This document shows, piece by piece, positions 28,397 through 37,060 of a stretch of DNA of 63,666 nt. Numbering within the stretch: position 1 is the stretch's first letter; every line of letters starts with the position of its first letter. The notes below the pieces were generated by a model. That model was not told the DNA's origin and did not search any database. It was given only the letters and a program-made list of their open reading frames with translations. Origin of the DNA: Bacillota bacterium (GTDB taxonomy: Bacteria; Bacillota; Limnochordia; JAAZLZ01); contig JAAYLV010000105.1 of NCBI GenBank assembly GCA_012521755.1, positions 1 to 63,666 of the forward strand. The letters run 5' to 3'. A program made the translations under genes and the position numbers.

Positions 28397-28547
28397 TGTT
28401 TTGGCTGAGGCCGCTCGTGATTACCGCATCAACCTGGTTTAGATCACCGGCCAGGTCTACCACCTGGTAGCCTTCCGCCATTAATATTTCTCCCAGGTCC
28501 CCCAGGCGATCATCGACGGCCACCACACCCTTTGGCACCGCAGTCAC
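28290..28547 (-). CDS. ykuS: YkuS/UPF0180 family small protein
   Basis: 85 aa. 'L..L...L...GY.VVDL......VDAVITSGLSQNTMGIQ....KAPIL.A.G.S..EI' resembles B. subtilis YkuS as I recall it. Confidence 0.7.
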   Translation of the reverse strand: MTAVPKGVVAVDDRLGDLGEILMAEGYQVVDLAGDLNQVDAVITSGLSQNTMGIQTTSTKAPILNGAGRSPAEILAELQRRLKGR

Positions 28548-28726
28548 CCCCCTCTAACCTCCCCCTTAGCTTGGCCAGCTCCCGGGGAATTATGCGTTTC
28601 CTTACCGGGGCGGATCAGCATCACCGCCGGGGTGCAAGGCGGGGCCTACTAGTGCCTGCTGTTCATCTCGCCGGCACGGGCGGCGCCGGCAGAGTTCTCT
28701 TAATGGAAATGCTATTGGCGATCCCA

Positions 28727-29887
28727 TCAGGGGGCATCGGCGCAATGGGCAAGGGCTGCCCGGTAGATCTCTTTCAGGGGCACGCCGGTCTTGGCTGCAA
28801 GCTCCCGGCAAGAGGCGTACTCCGGGGCCCAATTGGTTTGGCCAAATCCCCGGGCCGCCTTCAACAGGACCCGTCCGTATGGGGTCTCAACTTCCCGCAG
28901 CTCCCGGATCAGTTTATGCCGCTCCATCTCCCCCACCCGCAGGCCGATAGTTGTCGTTTGGGCAAAGATGCAATCCCGCAGGGTCTCCTCCAGGTGGAGA
29001 GGGCTGATGACGGTGAGGAGCACGCCGGGCCTGGACTTTTTCATGATCACCGGGGTAAGGTACACATCCAAGGCCCCTTTAGCCAAGAGTTCATCGATGA
29101 CGTGCTCGTAAAGCTCCGGATTCATATCATCGATGTTGGCCTCCAGGACCCGCACCCAGTCTCCCTCCCCTTGGACTTTGGTCCCGACCACCAGCCGCAA
29201 AAGGTTGGGAATCGCCAGTTCCCTGCCCCCCGCCCCGTAACCCACCTGCTGGACCTCCATCTCGGGATAGGGCCCGAAGCGGCTGGCTAGAGTGGCCAGG
29301 ATCGCGGCCCCTGTCGGGGTGACGAGCTCCCCTTCCACCCCCCGGCTGAAGATGGGGATCCCTTTGAGGAGCTCCATCGTCGCCGGCGCCGGAACAGGGA
29401 TGGTGCCGTGCTGGCAGTGAACAAAACCGCTCCCCACATGGAGGGGAGATGCTTCCAGGGTCTTTGCGCCCAACAGCCGCAGTCCCACAACGGCCCCGAC
29501 TACGTCAACGATGGAATCGACCGCCCCCACTTCGTGGAAATGGATATGGTCTAGACTCCGCCCGTGGGCCTTGGCCTCCGCCTCCCCCAATTTCTTGAAG
29601 ACGGCTTTGATCTTGGCCTTGTCCTCTCCGGGCAGGGCGCTCTCCTCGATGATGGCGACTATGTCTCGGTAGTCCCGCTCCGGCTGATCCGCGGTGACCT
29701 CCACCGTGCACTTGGTCCCGGCTAGACCCCGGCGGCGAACGGGGCTGAAGGAGAGGCGGTAGCCGTCGATAGGCACCTTGGCCAGCTCCTCATGCAAAGC
29801 CTCAGGATCGACGCCGGCATCGACGATGGCCCCGAGGAACATATCGCCGCTGACGCCGCTGAAACAATGGGCGTAAACGATGGTCAT
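28727..29887 (-). CDS. larC: Nickel-pincer cofactor biosynthesis protein LarC (nickel insertion, DUF111)
   Basis: N-terminal 'AHCFSGVSGDMFLGAIVDAGV'. The start is placed at the ATG at 29887 (GGAGGA 7 nt upstream). Confidence 0.88.
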   Translation of the reverse strand: MTIVYAHCFSGVSGDMFLGAIVDAGVDPEALHEELAKVPIDGYRLSFSPVRRRGLAGTKCTVEVTADQPERDYRDIVAIIEESALPGEDKAKIKAVFKKLGEAEAKAHGRSLDHIHFHEVGAVDSIVDVVGAVVGLRLLGAKTLEASPLHVGSGFVHCQHGTIPVPAPATMELLKGIPIFSRGVEGELVTPTGAAILATLASRFGPYPEMEVQQVGYGAGGRELAIPNLLRLVVGTKVQGEGDWVRVLEANIDDMNPELYEHVIDELLAKGALDVYLTPVIMKKSRPGVLLTVISPLHLEETLRDCIFAQTTTIGLRVGEMERHKLIRELREVETPYGRVLLKAARGFGQTNWAPEYASCRELAAKTGVPLKEIYRAALAHCADAP

Positions 29888-29891
29888 CTCT

Positions 29892-30698
29892 TCATCCTCC
29901 ATGCTCCTGCTCGCTCCCCGAACCGGCAGCGAGGCGGTTGATGATGGCCGCCATATACCCGGCGCCGAACCCGTTGTCGATGTTGACCACAGCCACCCCG
30001 GAGGCGCAGCTGTTCAGCATCGTAAGGAGGGGGGCAAGGCCGTCGAGATGGGCGCCGTAGCCGATGCTGGTGGGTACGGCGATGATGGGCTTGTCCACCA
30101 GCCCCCCAACGACGCTGGCGAGGGCCCCTTCCATGCCGGCGACGACGATGAGGACATTGGCCCCCCGCAACTCCTCCCGGCGGGAGAGCAGCCGGTGCAA
30201 ACCGGCAACCCCCACATCATAAATCCGGTCCACCTGGTGGCCCATGGCCCAGGCCGTCACCGCGGCCTCTTCGGCGACGGGCACATCCGCGGTCCCCGCG
30301 GTCAGGACCGCGATCCGTCCGGGGTACAGAGGCTTTGGCTCCTCCCCCATCAGGATGATCCTCGCCTCGGGGAAGTACCTGGCCCCCGGGAGGACCTCCC
30401 GGACGGCTTGGTAAGCCTTTTCATCGGCCCGGGTGGCCAGGACGATGGGATTGTCCACCGCCAGGCGCCGGCAGATCGACTGGACCTGGGATGGGGTTTT
30501 GCCCAGGCAGAAAACCACCTCGGGAAACCCTTTGCGGATGACCCGGTGGTGGTCGATCTTGGCAAAGCCCAGCTCTTCATAAGGAAGGAAGCGCAGCCTC
30601 TCCATGGCGGCCTCGACAGGCAACCTTCCCGCCCGCACTTCCTCCAAGAGGCTGCGTACATTAGCTTCATACATTTCTCCTGGGGGCACCTCCTCCAC
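29892..30698 (-). CDS. larB: Nickel-pincer cofactor biosynthesis protein LarB (PurE-like NaAD carboxylase/hydrolase)
   Basis: PurE-like 'IAVLTAGTADVPVAEEA', 'VVAGMEGALASVVGGLV..PIIAVPTS.GYG', preceded by the LarB-type N-terminal domain. Confidence 0.85.
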   Translation of the reverse strand: MEEVPPGEMYEANVRSLLEEVRAGRLPVEAAMERLRFLPYEELGFAKIDHHRVIRKGFPEVVFCLGKTPSQVQSICRRLAVDNPIVLATRADEKAYQAVREVLPGARYFPEARIILMGEEPKPLYPGRIAVLTAGTADVPVAEEAAVTAWAMGHQVDRIYDVGVAGLHRLLSRREELRGANVLIVVAGMEGALASVVGGLVDKPIIAVPTSIGYGAHLDGLAPLLTMLNSCASGVAVVNIDNGFGAGYMAAIINRLAAGSGSEQEHGG

Positions 30699-30709
30699 AT
30701 CCCGAGCGG

Positions 30710-31870
30710 CTACTGCCGCCCGCCCTTGGCCAGCCGCCCGTGGATGCGCCTGATTAGACCAACGAGCCCGCTCCCGCCGCCGTCCCCAACTGCTGTTTCA
30801 GCGAGCCTACCTGCCAACCGCCTTATCGCCCCCGCCGCCCGGGACCGGCCATGACTGCTGAGGACATCAACTTGGCGGCGGACCGCCCGGGGCACCGCGG
30901 GGTCCATGGGCACGTACCCTAAGTATTTCAACTCATAATCGAGAAACTCTTTTGCGGCAAACCGCATTTTGCTGGCTATGAGCTCCGCCTCCCGGCCGCT
31001 CTCCGCCATGTTGATGAGGAGGAAAAGCTCTGTCTCTCCCCCGAGCCCCCGCAAGACCTTAATTAGGGCATAGGCGTCGGTGACGGCGTGGGGCTCCGGG
31101 GTAGTAATCAAGATGGCCTGCCGGGCTGCGGTCAACAGGTCCGTCACCCGCCTTCCCAGCCCAGCCCCAGTATCTAGCAGGATGAAATCCATCACCCCAT
31201 CGAGGGGGCTTAGCTCCTCCAACAGCTGCCGGATCTGGTGCGGCCCTAGGGCAGTCAGCTCTGCGAGCCCCGCGGCTCCCGGCAGCACTTTGATTCCCCC
31301 TGGGCCGTCTACCAGCACCTCCGCGACACGCATGGTCCCGTGCACCAAGTGGGCGAGGTTGTACTTGGGCGTCAAATTGAGCAAGATGTCCACATTGGCG
31401 GTGCCCAGATCCCCATCGACGATGCAGACCTTCTTGCCCAGCTCCGCCAAGGCCACCGCGAGGTTGACAGCTAGCACCGTCTTGCCCACTCCCCCTTTGC
31501 CGCTGGTGATGGCTACGAGCCGGGACAAGGACGGGGGACCATCCTCCGGGGAAGGGGGCAGCTGCTCCAAGGCCGCGGGGTGAAGATCGGGGGTGACCAG
31601 GACCAGGCAGCGATCGGCCCCGCTTTTGCGGCTCAAGACGACTCCCGCAAAGATGACTTCATCCGACTCGGGGGGCCGCACCCGCACCTGGGTGCCGGCC
31701 GCGATCAAGGTGATGCGGCCTCCTTCCTCGGGCACGCTGACCCGCATCATCTTGTAGCCTTCCTCCAGGACCTGGCATTTATATGTTCCCCGGTACAGGG
31801 GAGAGTCTGTTTCAAGGATGACGAAAGAACCTGGAGCTAGCCTGCTGCGACCGATCCCTGCCTCTTCCAT
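30710..31870 (-). CDS. MinD/ParA-family deviant Walker-A ATPase with an extra N-terminal domain of about 110 aa and a C-terminal amphipathic tail
   Basis: 'AITSGKGGVGKTVLAVNLAVALAELGKKVCIVDGDLGTANVD'. The N-terminal beta-rich extension is unassigned. The tail 'GLVGLIRRIHGRLAKGG' is amphipathic. The gene starts 26 nt downstream of spo0J on the same strand. Confidence 0.8.
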   Translation of the reverse strand: MEEAGIGRSRLAPGSFVILETDSPLYRGTYKCQVLEEGYKMMRVSVPEEGGRITLIAAGTQVRVRPPESDEVIFAGVVLSRKSGADRCLVLVTPDLHPAALEQLPPSPEDGPPSLSRLVAITSGKGGVGKTVLAVNLAVALAELGKKVCIVDGDLGTANVDILLNLTPKYNLAHLVHGTMRVAEVLVDGPGGIKVLPGAAGLAELTALGPHQIRQLLEELSPLDGVMDFILLDTGAGLGRRVTDLLTAARQAILITTPEPHAVTDAYALIKVLRGLGGETELFLLINMAESGREAELIASKMRFAAKEFLDYELKYLGYVPMDPAVPRAVRRQVDVLSSHGRSRAAGAIRRLAGRLAETAVGDGGGSGLVGLIRRIHGRLAKGGRQ

Positions 31871-31896
31871 CGCTGTCCTCCCGCTTTAACCGTCCC

Positions 31897-32745
31897 TCAT
31901 TCGCCGAGGAGACTATTCACGATCCGGTTGATATCCTCGCTGGTGTAATACTCGATTTCGATCCTGCCCGCGGATTTGCCCCGGGGTTTGATGCGCACCC
32001 GGGTCCCCAAAGCTTCCTGGAGCATGTTTTCCACTTGGGCAAGTTGGGGACTCAGGGAACTAGGCTTTTTCGTTGTTCCACGTGGAACCTTTTTCTTGGC
32101 GAGACTCTGCACCAAACGCTCCGTCTCCCGGACCGACAGGCCCTTCTCGACCACCTGGACCGCGGCCTTGACCTGTTCTTTACCCTCCAAACTGAGGAGG
32201 ACTTTCGCGTGTCCTGCGCTCAGCTTCCCCTCCAGGACCATCTGCTGCACCTCCGCCGTGAGGGACAAGAGGCGCAGGGAATTCGCGATCGTTGGGCGCT
32301 TCTTCCCCACCATGGCGGCCAACTCCTCCTGGGTCAGGCCGGCCAGCTGCATCAGCTGCCGATAAGCGTGGGCCTCTTCGATGGGGTTGAGATCCTCCCG
32401 CTGGATATTCTCCACCAGGGCCTGGGCCATCATTTCCTCATCGCTCACATGCCGGACGATGGCCGGAATCTCCTTGAGTCCAGCCTTAGCCGAGGCCCGC
32501 CACCGCCTCTCCCCGACGATCAGCTCGTACCCTTCCCCCATCGGGCGGACGACGACCGGCTGCAGGACTCCCTGACGGCGAATCGAATCGCTCAGCTCCT
32601 CCAAACTGGCCTCATCGAAGGTCCGCCGGGGCTGGAAGGGGTTGGGGCGGATTTGGTCGAGGTTAATTTGCTGCACCTGCTCCCGGACTTGCTCCCCAGT
32701 TCCCATCAAGGCCCGCAGGCCCTTGCCTAGGGCTTGTCTACTCAT
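31897..32745 (-). CDS. spo0J: Chromosome partitioning protein ParB/Spo0J
   Basis: '[11 protein letters not shown]', '[10 protein letters not shown]', HTH '[24 protein letters not shown]' (ParB-type R-P-x-IAN). Confidence 0.93.
   Translation of the reverse strand: MSRQALGKGLRALMGTGEQVREQVQQINLDQIRPNPFQPRRTFDEASLEELSDSIRRQGVLQPVVVRPMGEGYELIVGERRWRASAKAGLKEIPAIVRHVSDEEMMAQALVENIQREDLNPIEEAHAYRQLMQLAGLTQEELAAMVGKKRPTIANSLRLLSLTAEVQQMVLEGKLSAGHAKVLLSLEGKEQVKAAVQVVEKGLSVRETERLVQSLAKKKVPRGTTKKPSSLSPQLAQVENMLQEALGTRVRIKPRGKSAGRIEIEYYTSEDINRIVNSLLGE
32074..32089. promoter_or_regulatory. parS site inside the spo0J coding sequence
   Basis: TGTTCCACGTGGAACC: 15 of 16 matches to the palindromic parS TGTTCCACGTGGAACA. 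B. subtilis also carries a parS within spo0J. Confidence 0.7.
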
Positions 32746-33500
32746 CCCGCCATCACCTCGTCCGCCAGCTGCCGGTAGGCTTCGGCCCCCTTGGACTTGG
32801 CATCGTACTTGAGGATGGGCAGCCCAAAACTGGGCGCCTCGCTGAGCCGGACATTCCGGGGGATGACCGCCTGATACACCTTATCCCCGAAGACTCCCCT
32901 GACTTCCTCAACCACTTGCTGGGACAAGTTCGTCCGGGCATCGTACATGGTCATCAAGACTCCCTCAATCTTCAAACCCGGATTTAGATGCTCCCGCACA
33001 AGTTCAATGGTCCGCAAGAGCTGGCTGAGCCCCTCCAGGGCGTAATACTCGCACTGGATAGGCACCAGCGCCCCATCGGCTGCCGTCAGCCCGTTGATGG
33101 TCAACAGTCCCAGGGATGGGGGCGCATCGATAAAGATGTAATCGTACTCCTCCCGCACGCCCGCGATTGCCCGCCGCAGCCGAAACTCCCGGGAAATAAC
33201 AGAGACGAGCTCCACCTCGGCGCCGGCCAGCTCGATAGTTGCGGGAGCCACCACGAGTCCCTCCACTGGGCTGGGCAGGAGGATCTCCTCCAAGGGCCGT
33301 CCCTCGATCAACACGCTGTACATGCAGTTTTCCACTTCAGCTTTGTCGATGCCCAGCCCACTGGTGGCGTTGCCCTGGGGATCTGCATCGATGAGCAGCA
33401 CCTTTTTCCCAGCATCGGCCAGGTAGGCCCCCAAATTGACCGCCGTCGTGCTCTTGCCTACTCCGCCCTTCTGGTTGACTACCACCAAGACTTTGGCCAT
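32742..33500 (-). CDS. soj: Chromosome partitioning ATPase ParA/Soj
   Basis: '[20 protein letters not shown]', '[10 protein letters not shown]'. Overlaps the spo0J start by 4 nt. Confidence 0.95.
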   Translation of the reverse strand: MAKVLVVVNQKGGVGKSTTAVNLGAYLADAGKKVLLIDADPQGNATSGLGIDKAEVENCMYSVLIEGRPLEEILLPSPVEGLVVAPATIELAGAEVELVSVISREFRLRRAIAGVREEYDYIFIDAPPSLGLLTINGLTAADGALVPIQCEYYALEGLSQLLRTIELVREHLNPGLKIEGVLMTMYDARTNLSQQVVEEVRGVFGDKVYQAVIPRNVRLSEAPSFGLPILKYDAKSKGAEAYRQLADEVMAG

Positions 33501-33504
33501 CTTC

Positions 33505-34473
33505 CTAACTCCCGTCCTTCCTCTGAGTCTCTGCCCGCCGCCCGATGCGGATGTGGATCACCACCTCATCCTGCCCTTTGGCCTCTTCCTCGATCCTCAC
33601 CGCGAGCCCCGCCCGCTCCAGCTGGGCCGTCAACTTCCGCAGGCTGTTCATGAAAGGCCGCATATCTTTGATGACGCCGATCCACCTCTGACCCTTGCCC
33701 TTCCCCTTCTGTTCCCGGGCCGCGATGAGCTGCTCCACCTTCTTGACGCTAAGGCCTTCCTTGGCGATCCGCTCGATCATCTCCAGCTGCTCTTCAGGGG
33801 ACCCTAACCGCAGGAGGGCCCGGGCATGCCTCTCGGTGATCATTTCCCGGGAAATAATCGCCTCCCGAACCTCCGGGTGGAGGCGCAATAGCCGCAGCTT
33901 GTTCGCGATGGCCGACTGGGAGCAGCCGATGCGCTTCGCCAACTCTTCTTGGGTCAAGTCAAACTCGGTGATGAGCCGCTGATAACCTTCCGCCTCTTCG
34001 AAGAAGTCCAAATCCTTGCGCTGTAAATTCTCGATCAGGGCCAGCTCCGCGGCCGCCTGCTCCGATAGGGCCTTGACCACCGCGGGGATGGACCGCCAGC
34101 CTAACCGCCGACAAGCTCGCCAGCGGCGCTCCCCGACCACCAGTTCGTAGCCGCCCTCTCTCATCCGGACCACTACCGGATGGAGGAGCCCATGCTCCGC
34201 GATGGATGCGGCCAGCTCCTCTATCTTCCCTTCATCGATCCGCTGTCGGGGTTGATACGGGCTGGGCCTAATCTCTTCAATGGGAACGGCGACGATCTCC
34301 TCCCGCCAGTGGATCTTCCCTTCCGTCCCCAAGGAAGGTGCGGCCTCCTCGCTTTCCTCCTTAACCGAACGGGACCGGAGCAGATCTGTCAGCTTCACCC
34401 CATCCACCCCTTTCCTCTCGGCCCCATCCCTGGGGCCGCTGCCGATCGGTAAGAAGTTCTTCTCCCAGGGCAA
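33505..34473 (-). CDS. noc: Nucleoid occlusion protein Noc (ParB paralogue)
   Basis: '[10 protein letters not shown]'. The HTH '[24 protein letters not shown]' carries the Noc-type Q-S-x-IANK signature. Positioned between rsmG and soj. The N-terminal start is uncertain. Confidence 0.85.
   Translation of the reverse strand: MPWEKNFLPIGSGPRDGAERKGVDGVKLTDLLRSRSVKEESEEAAPSLGTEGKIHWREEIVAVPIEEIRPSPYQPRQRIDEGKIEELAASIAEHGLLHPVVVRMREGGYELVVGERRWRACRRLGWRSIPAVVKALSEQAAAELALIENLQRKDLDFFEEAEGYQRLITEFDLTQEELAKRIGCSQSAIANKLRLLRLHPEVREAIISREMITERHARALLRLGSPEEQLEMIERIAKEGLSVKKVEQLIAAREQKGKGKGQRWIGVIKDMRPFMNSLRKLTAQLERAGLAVRIEEEAKGQDEVVIHIRIGRRAETQRKDGS
33842..33855. promoter_or_regulatory. Noc-binding-site (NBS) palindrome inside noc
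   Basis: ATTTCCCGGGAAAT is an exact match to the 14-bp NBS core as I recall it from B. subtilis. It is flanked as cATTTCCCGGGAAATa. Confidence 0.65.
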
Positions 34474-34494
34474 TTCTTCCTCCCGGGAGGCGGC

Positions 34495-35217
34495 CTAGAG
34501 GGGCCTTTTCTCCGGGATGCCGGCCCGGCGCGGGTATTTCGCCGGGGTGATGCCTGTCTTCTCGATTGCGATGAGCAGCCGCTCCCCCGCATCCCTGGGC
34601 AAGACGACCCGGATAGTCTTTTCTGGTCGGCCCCCCAAGACCTCGATGGCCCGGGCCCCATCTTCCAGCTCCCTCTCCCCGTCGGGTCCCTTCAGCGCGA
34701 GGAACCGGCCGCCCACCCGGACCAAGGGCAGGCAAAACTCCGCCAGGACAGGGAGCGGGGCCACCGCCCGGGCCGTGACCAGATCGAAGCTTTCCCGCAA
34801 GGGCCCCCTGCCCGCATCCTCCGCCCGGCTCCAGACTACTTGCCAGCCCTCCGGGAAAAGGCGCGTGCATACAGCCTCGAGGAATTCGGCCTTCTTCCGG
34901 GAGGCCTCCATGAGGGTGAGGATCAGTCCCGGCTGGAAGATCTTCAACGGGATCCCCGGCAGACCCCCGCCGCTCCCCACATCCAAGAGGGTCATCCCCT
35001 CTGCCAGTTCCACCGCCAAGGCCGCGGCGAGAGAGTCGAGGATATGCTTGACGGCCACCTCCTCCGGGTCGGTGATGGCCGTCAGATTCATCCGCTGATT
35101 GGCGAGGATCAGCTCTTCCACATAGGCGATCAAGAGCCCTTCCTGATCCTCCGTCAGGGCTAGACCCCAAGGGGCCAGGCCCTCCCGCAAAATCTCCCGA
35201 AAGGCAGCTTCCTTCAA
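34495..35217 (-). CDS. rsmG: 16S rRNA (guanine527-N7)-methyltransferase RsmG (GidB)
   Basis: 'LLDVGSGGGLPGIPLKI', and the order mnmE-mnmG-rsmG. Confidence 0.93.
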   Translation of the reverse strand: MKEAAFREILREGLAPWGLALTEDQEGLLIAYVEELILANQRMNLTAITDPEEVAVKHILDSLAAALAVELAEGMTLLDVGSGGGLPGIPLKIFQPGLILTLMEASRKKAEFLEAVCTRLFPEGWQVVWSRAEDAGRGPLRESFDLVTARAVAPLPVLAEFCLPLVRVGGRFLALKGPDGERELEDGARAIEVLGGRPEKTIRVVLPRDAGERLLIAIEKTGITPAKYPRRAGIPEKRPL

Positions 35218-37049
35218 CTTTTCATTCCCCTCTCCCGGTGCAAAGCAACCATTAGTACGCTAACGTCGGCGGGGCTCACGCCCCCGATCCGGGCGGCCTG
35301 TCCGAGGGACCTGGGGCGGGCCCGGCTCAGCTTCTCCTTGGCCTCCTGGGAAAGTCCCGTAATGGCAGCGTAGTCCCAGTTTTCCGGGAGCAGCATCCCC
35401 TCCAGCCGCCGAAACCGGGCAACCGCCTTTTTCTCCTTGGCCAAGTACCCCGCGTATTTCACCTCAACCTCCACCAGGGCCGCGATCTCCGGGGGCAGGG
35501 GCCTTCCCCCCAGCTTCACGACCAATTCGTAGTCCACATCCTGGCGGCGCAGGATCTCGGCTAAGGTGGCTGGCTCCGCCAGGGGACTTGTCCCGCCGGA
35601 GGTGAGGATTTCTTGCACCTCCTGCCGAGGTGAGACGGCCATTTCTTCCAGGTGCTCCTTGGCGGCCCAAACCATCTCCCAGCGCCTTTGCATCCGCCGC
35701 AATCGCTCCCCATCAACCAGGCCGCGGCGGTGTCCGATCTCCATGAGCCGCCAATCCGCGTTATCCTGCCGGAGGGATAGGCGATACTCGACCCGGGCCG
35801 TCAGCATCCGGTAGGGTTCATCGAGCTCTTTGGTCACCAGATCATCGATCAACACCCCGATGTAAGCCTCATCTCGCCCCAGAATCAAGGGCTCTTCTCC
35901 CCTCACCCGGGCCGCTGCGTTGATGCCGGCGATGAGCCCCTGGACGGCAGCTTCTTCGTATCCCGAGGTGCCGTTGATCTGGCCGGCAAAAAAGAGCCCC
36001 TCCATGCCCTTGATCTCCAGGGTGGGTTGGAGCTGGCCCCACTCGAGGGCATCGTATTCGATGGCATACCCAAAGGCGGTGATCCGGGCATGCTCTAAGC
36101 CCGGGATGGTGGGGAGAAGCTGTTCTTGGATTTCCCGGGGCAGGCTCGTTGATACCCCGGCAAGATACACTACCGGCGTCTCCCACCCGAGGGGCTCGAT
36201 GAAGACCTGCTGGCGCCGACCGGCAAACCGGTCCATCTTGATCTCGATCGAGGGACAGTAGCGGGGACCCGCCCCGACGATGGCGCCGCTGTAAAGGGAG
36301 GCCCGCTGGAGGTTTTCCAGGACCAATGCCTCGGTGGCCGGGGTAGTGTAGGTAAGGTAGCAAGGGGCTTGCTTTTTGCGGGGAAGCTCCCCGTCGAAGG
36401 AAAACCCTTCCCGCAGGTCCTCCCCCGGCTGGATCTGCATCTTGGTGTAATCGATGGTCCGCCCATCCACCCGGGGGGATGTCCCGGTTTTCAGCCGGAT
36501 GGTCCGCAGGCCCAGCCTTTCCAGGGCGGAGGTCAGATCGGACGATCCTTCCGGGGCAAAGCGTTCATCCCCCCGGTGGATCTCCGATCGCAAATGGGTG
36601 CCCGTCGCGACGATCACGCATTTCCCCTTGTACCGGGCCCCATCTGCCGTCGCCACCGTCCACGGGGGCCCTTCATCCAGATGGACCACCTTCCCCTCGA
36701 CCACTTCCAAGTTGGCCTGGCCCCTGAGTACGCCCAGCATCCGCCGCTGATAGCCGGCCAAGTCCGCCTGGGCCCTAAGGGCCCTTACGGCAGGGCCTTT
36801 CCCCCGGTTCAACAGCCGGATCTGCATGTACTCCTGGTCGATGTTCCGGGCCATCTCGCCCCCGAGGGCGTCGAGCTCCCGGATGAGCTGCCCCTTCCCC
36901 GGCCCCCCCAGGGATGGGTTGCACGGCATCAAGGCAACATCTTCATATTTAATAGTCAACATCAAGGTGCGACACCCCAGGCGGCTTGCCGCCAGGGCCC
37001 CTTCACACCCTGCATGTCCCCCCCCTATGACGATCACATCGTAAACCAT
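35214..37049 (-). CDS. mnmG: tRNA uridine 5-carboxymethylaminomethyl modification enzyme MnmG (GidA)
   Basis: FAD motif 'YDVIVIGGGHAGCEGA'. The start is placed at the internal ATG at 37049; the ORF is open to 37076. Confidence 0.95.
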   Translation of the reverse strand: MVYDVIVIGGGHAGCEGALAASRLGCRTLMLTIKYEDVALMPCNPSLGGPGKGQLIRELDALGGEMARNIDQEYMQIRLLNRGKGPAVRALRAQADLAGYQRRMLGVLRGQANLEVVEGKVVHLDEGPPWTVATADGARYKGKCVIVATGTHLRSEIHRGDERFAPEGSSDLTSALERLGLRTIRLKTGTSPRVDGRTIDYTKMQIQPGEDLREGFSFDGELPRKKQAPCYLTYTTPATEALVLENLQRASLYSGAIVGAGPRYCPSIEIKMDRFAGRRQQVFIEPLGWETPVVYLAGVSTSLPREIQEQLLPTIPGLEHARITAFGYAIEYDALEWGQLQPTLEIKGMEGLFFAGQINGTSGYEEAAVQGLIAGINAAARVRGEEPLILGRDEAYIGVLIDDLVTKELDEPYRMLTARVEYRLSLRQDNADWRLMEIGHRRGLVDGERLRRMQRRWEMVWAAKEHLEEMAVSPRQEVQEILTSGGTSPLAEPATLAEILRRQDVDYELVVKLGGRPLPPEIAALVEVEVKYAGYLAKEKKAVARFRRLEGMLLPENWDYAAITGLSQEAKEKLSRARPRSLGQAARIGGVSPADVSVLMVALHRERGMKS

Positions 37050-37060
37050 CCAGGTCACCT

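Noticed and set aside
30710-31870. Calling the N-terminal domain of the extra MinD/ParA-like ATPase a PilZ c-di-GMP receptor.
   Set aside because: I could not find the canonical RxxxR and (D/N)xSxxG motifs in the first 110 residues, so the domain is left unassigned. Profile searches are needed.
34361-35170. A 269-aa minus-strand ORF overlapping rsmG in another frame, together with similar same-strand alternative-frame ORFs (for example 4561-5109, 26564-26953 and 35869-36363).
   Set aside because: Their composition is Gly/Arg/Pro-rich and they have no motifs. The overlapping frame carries a clearly identifiable housekeeping protein.
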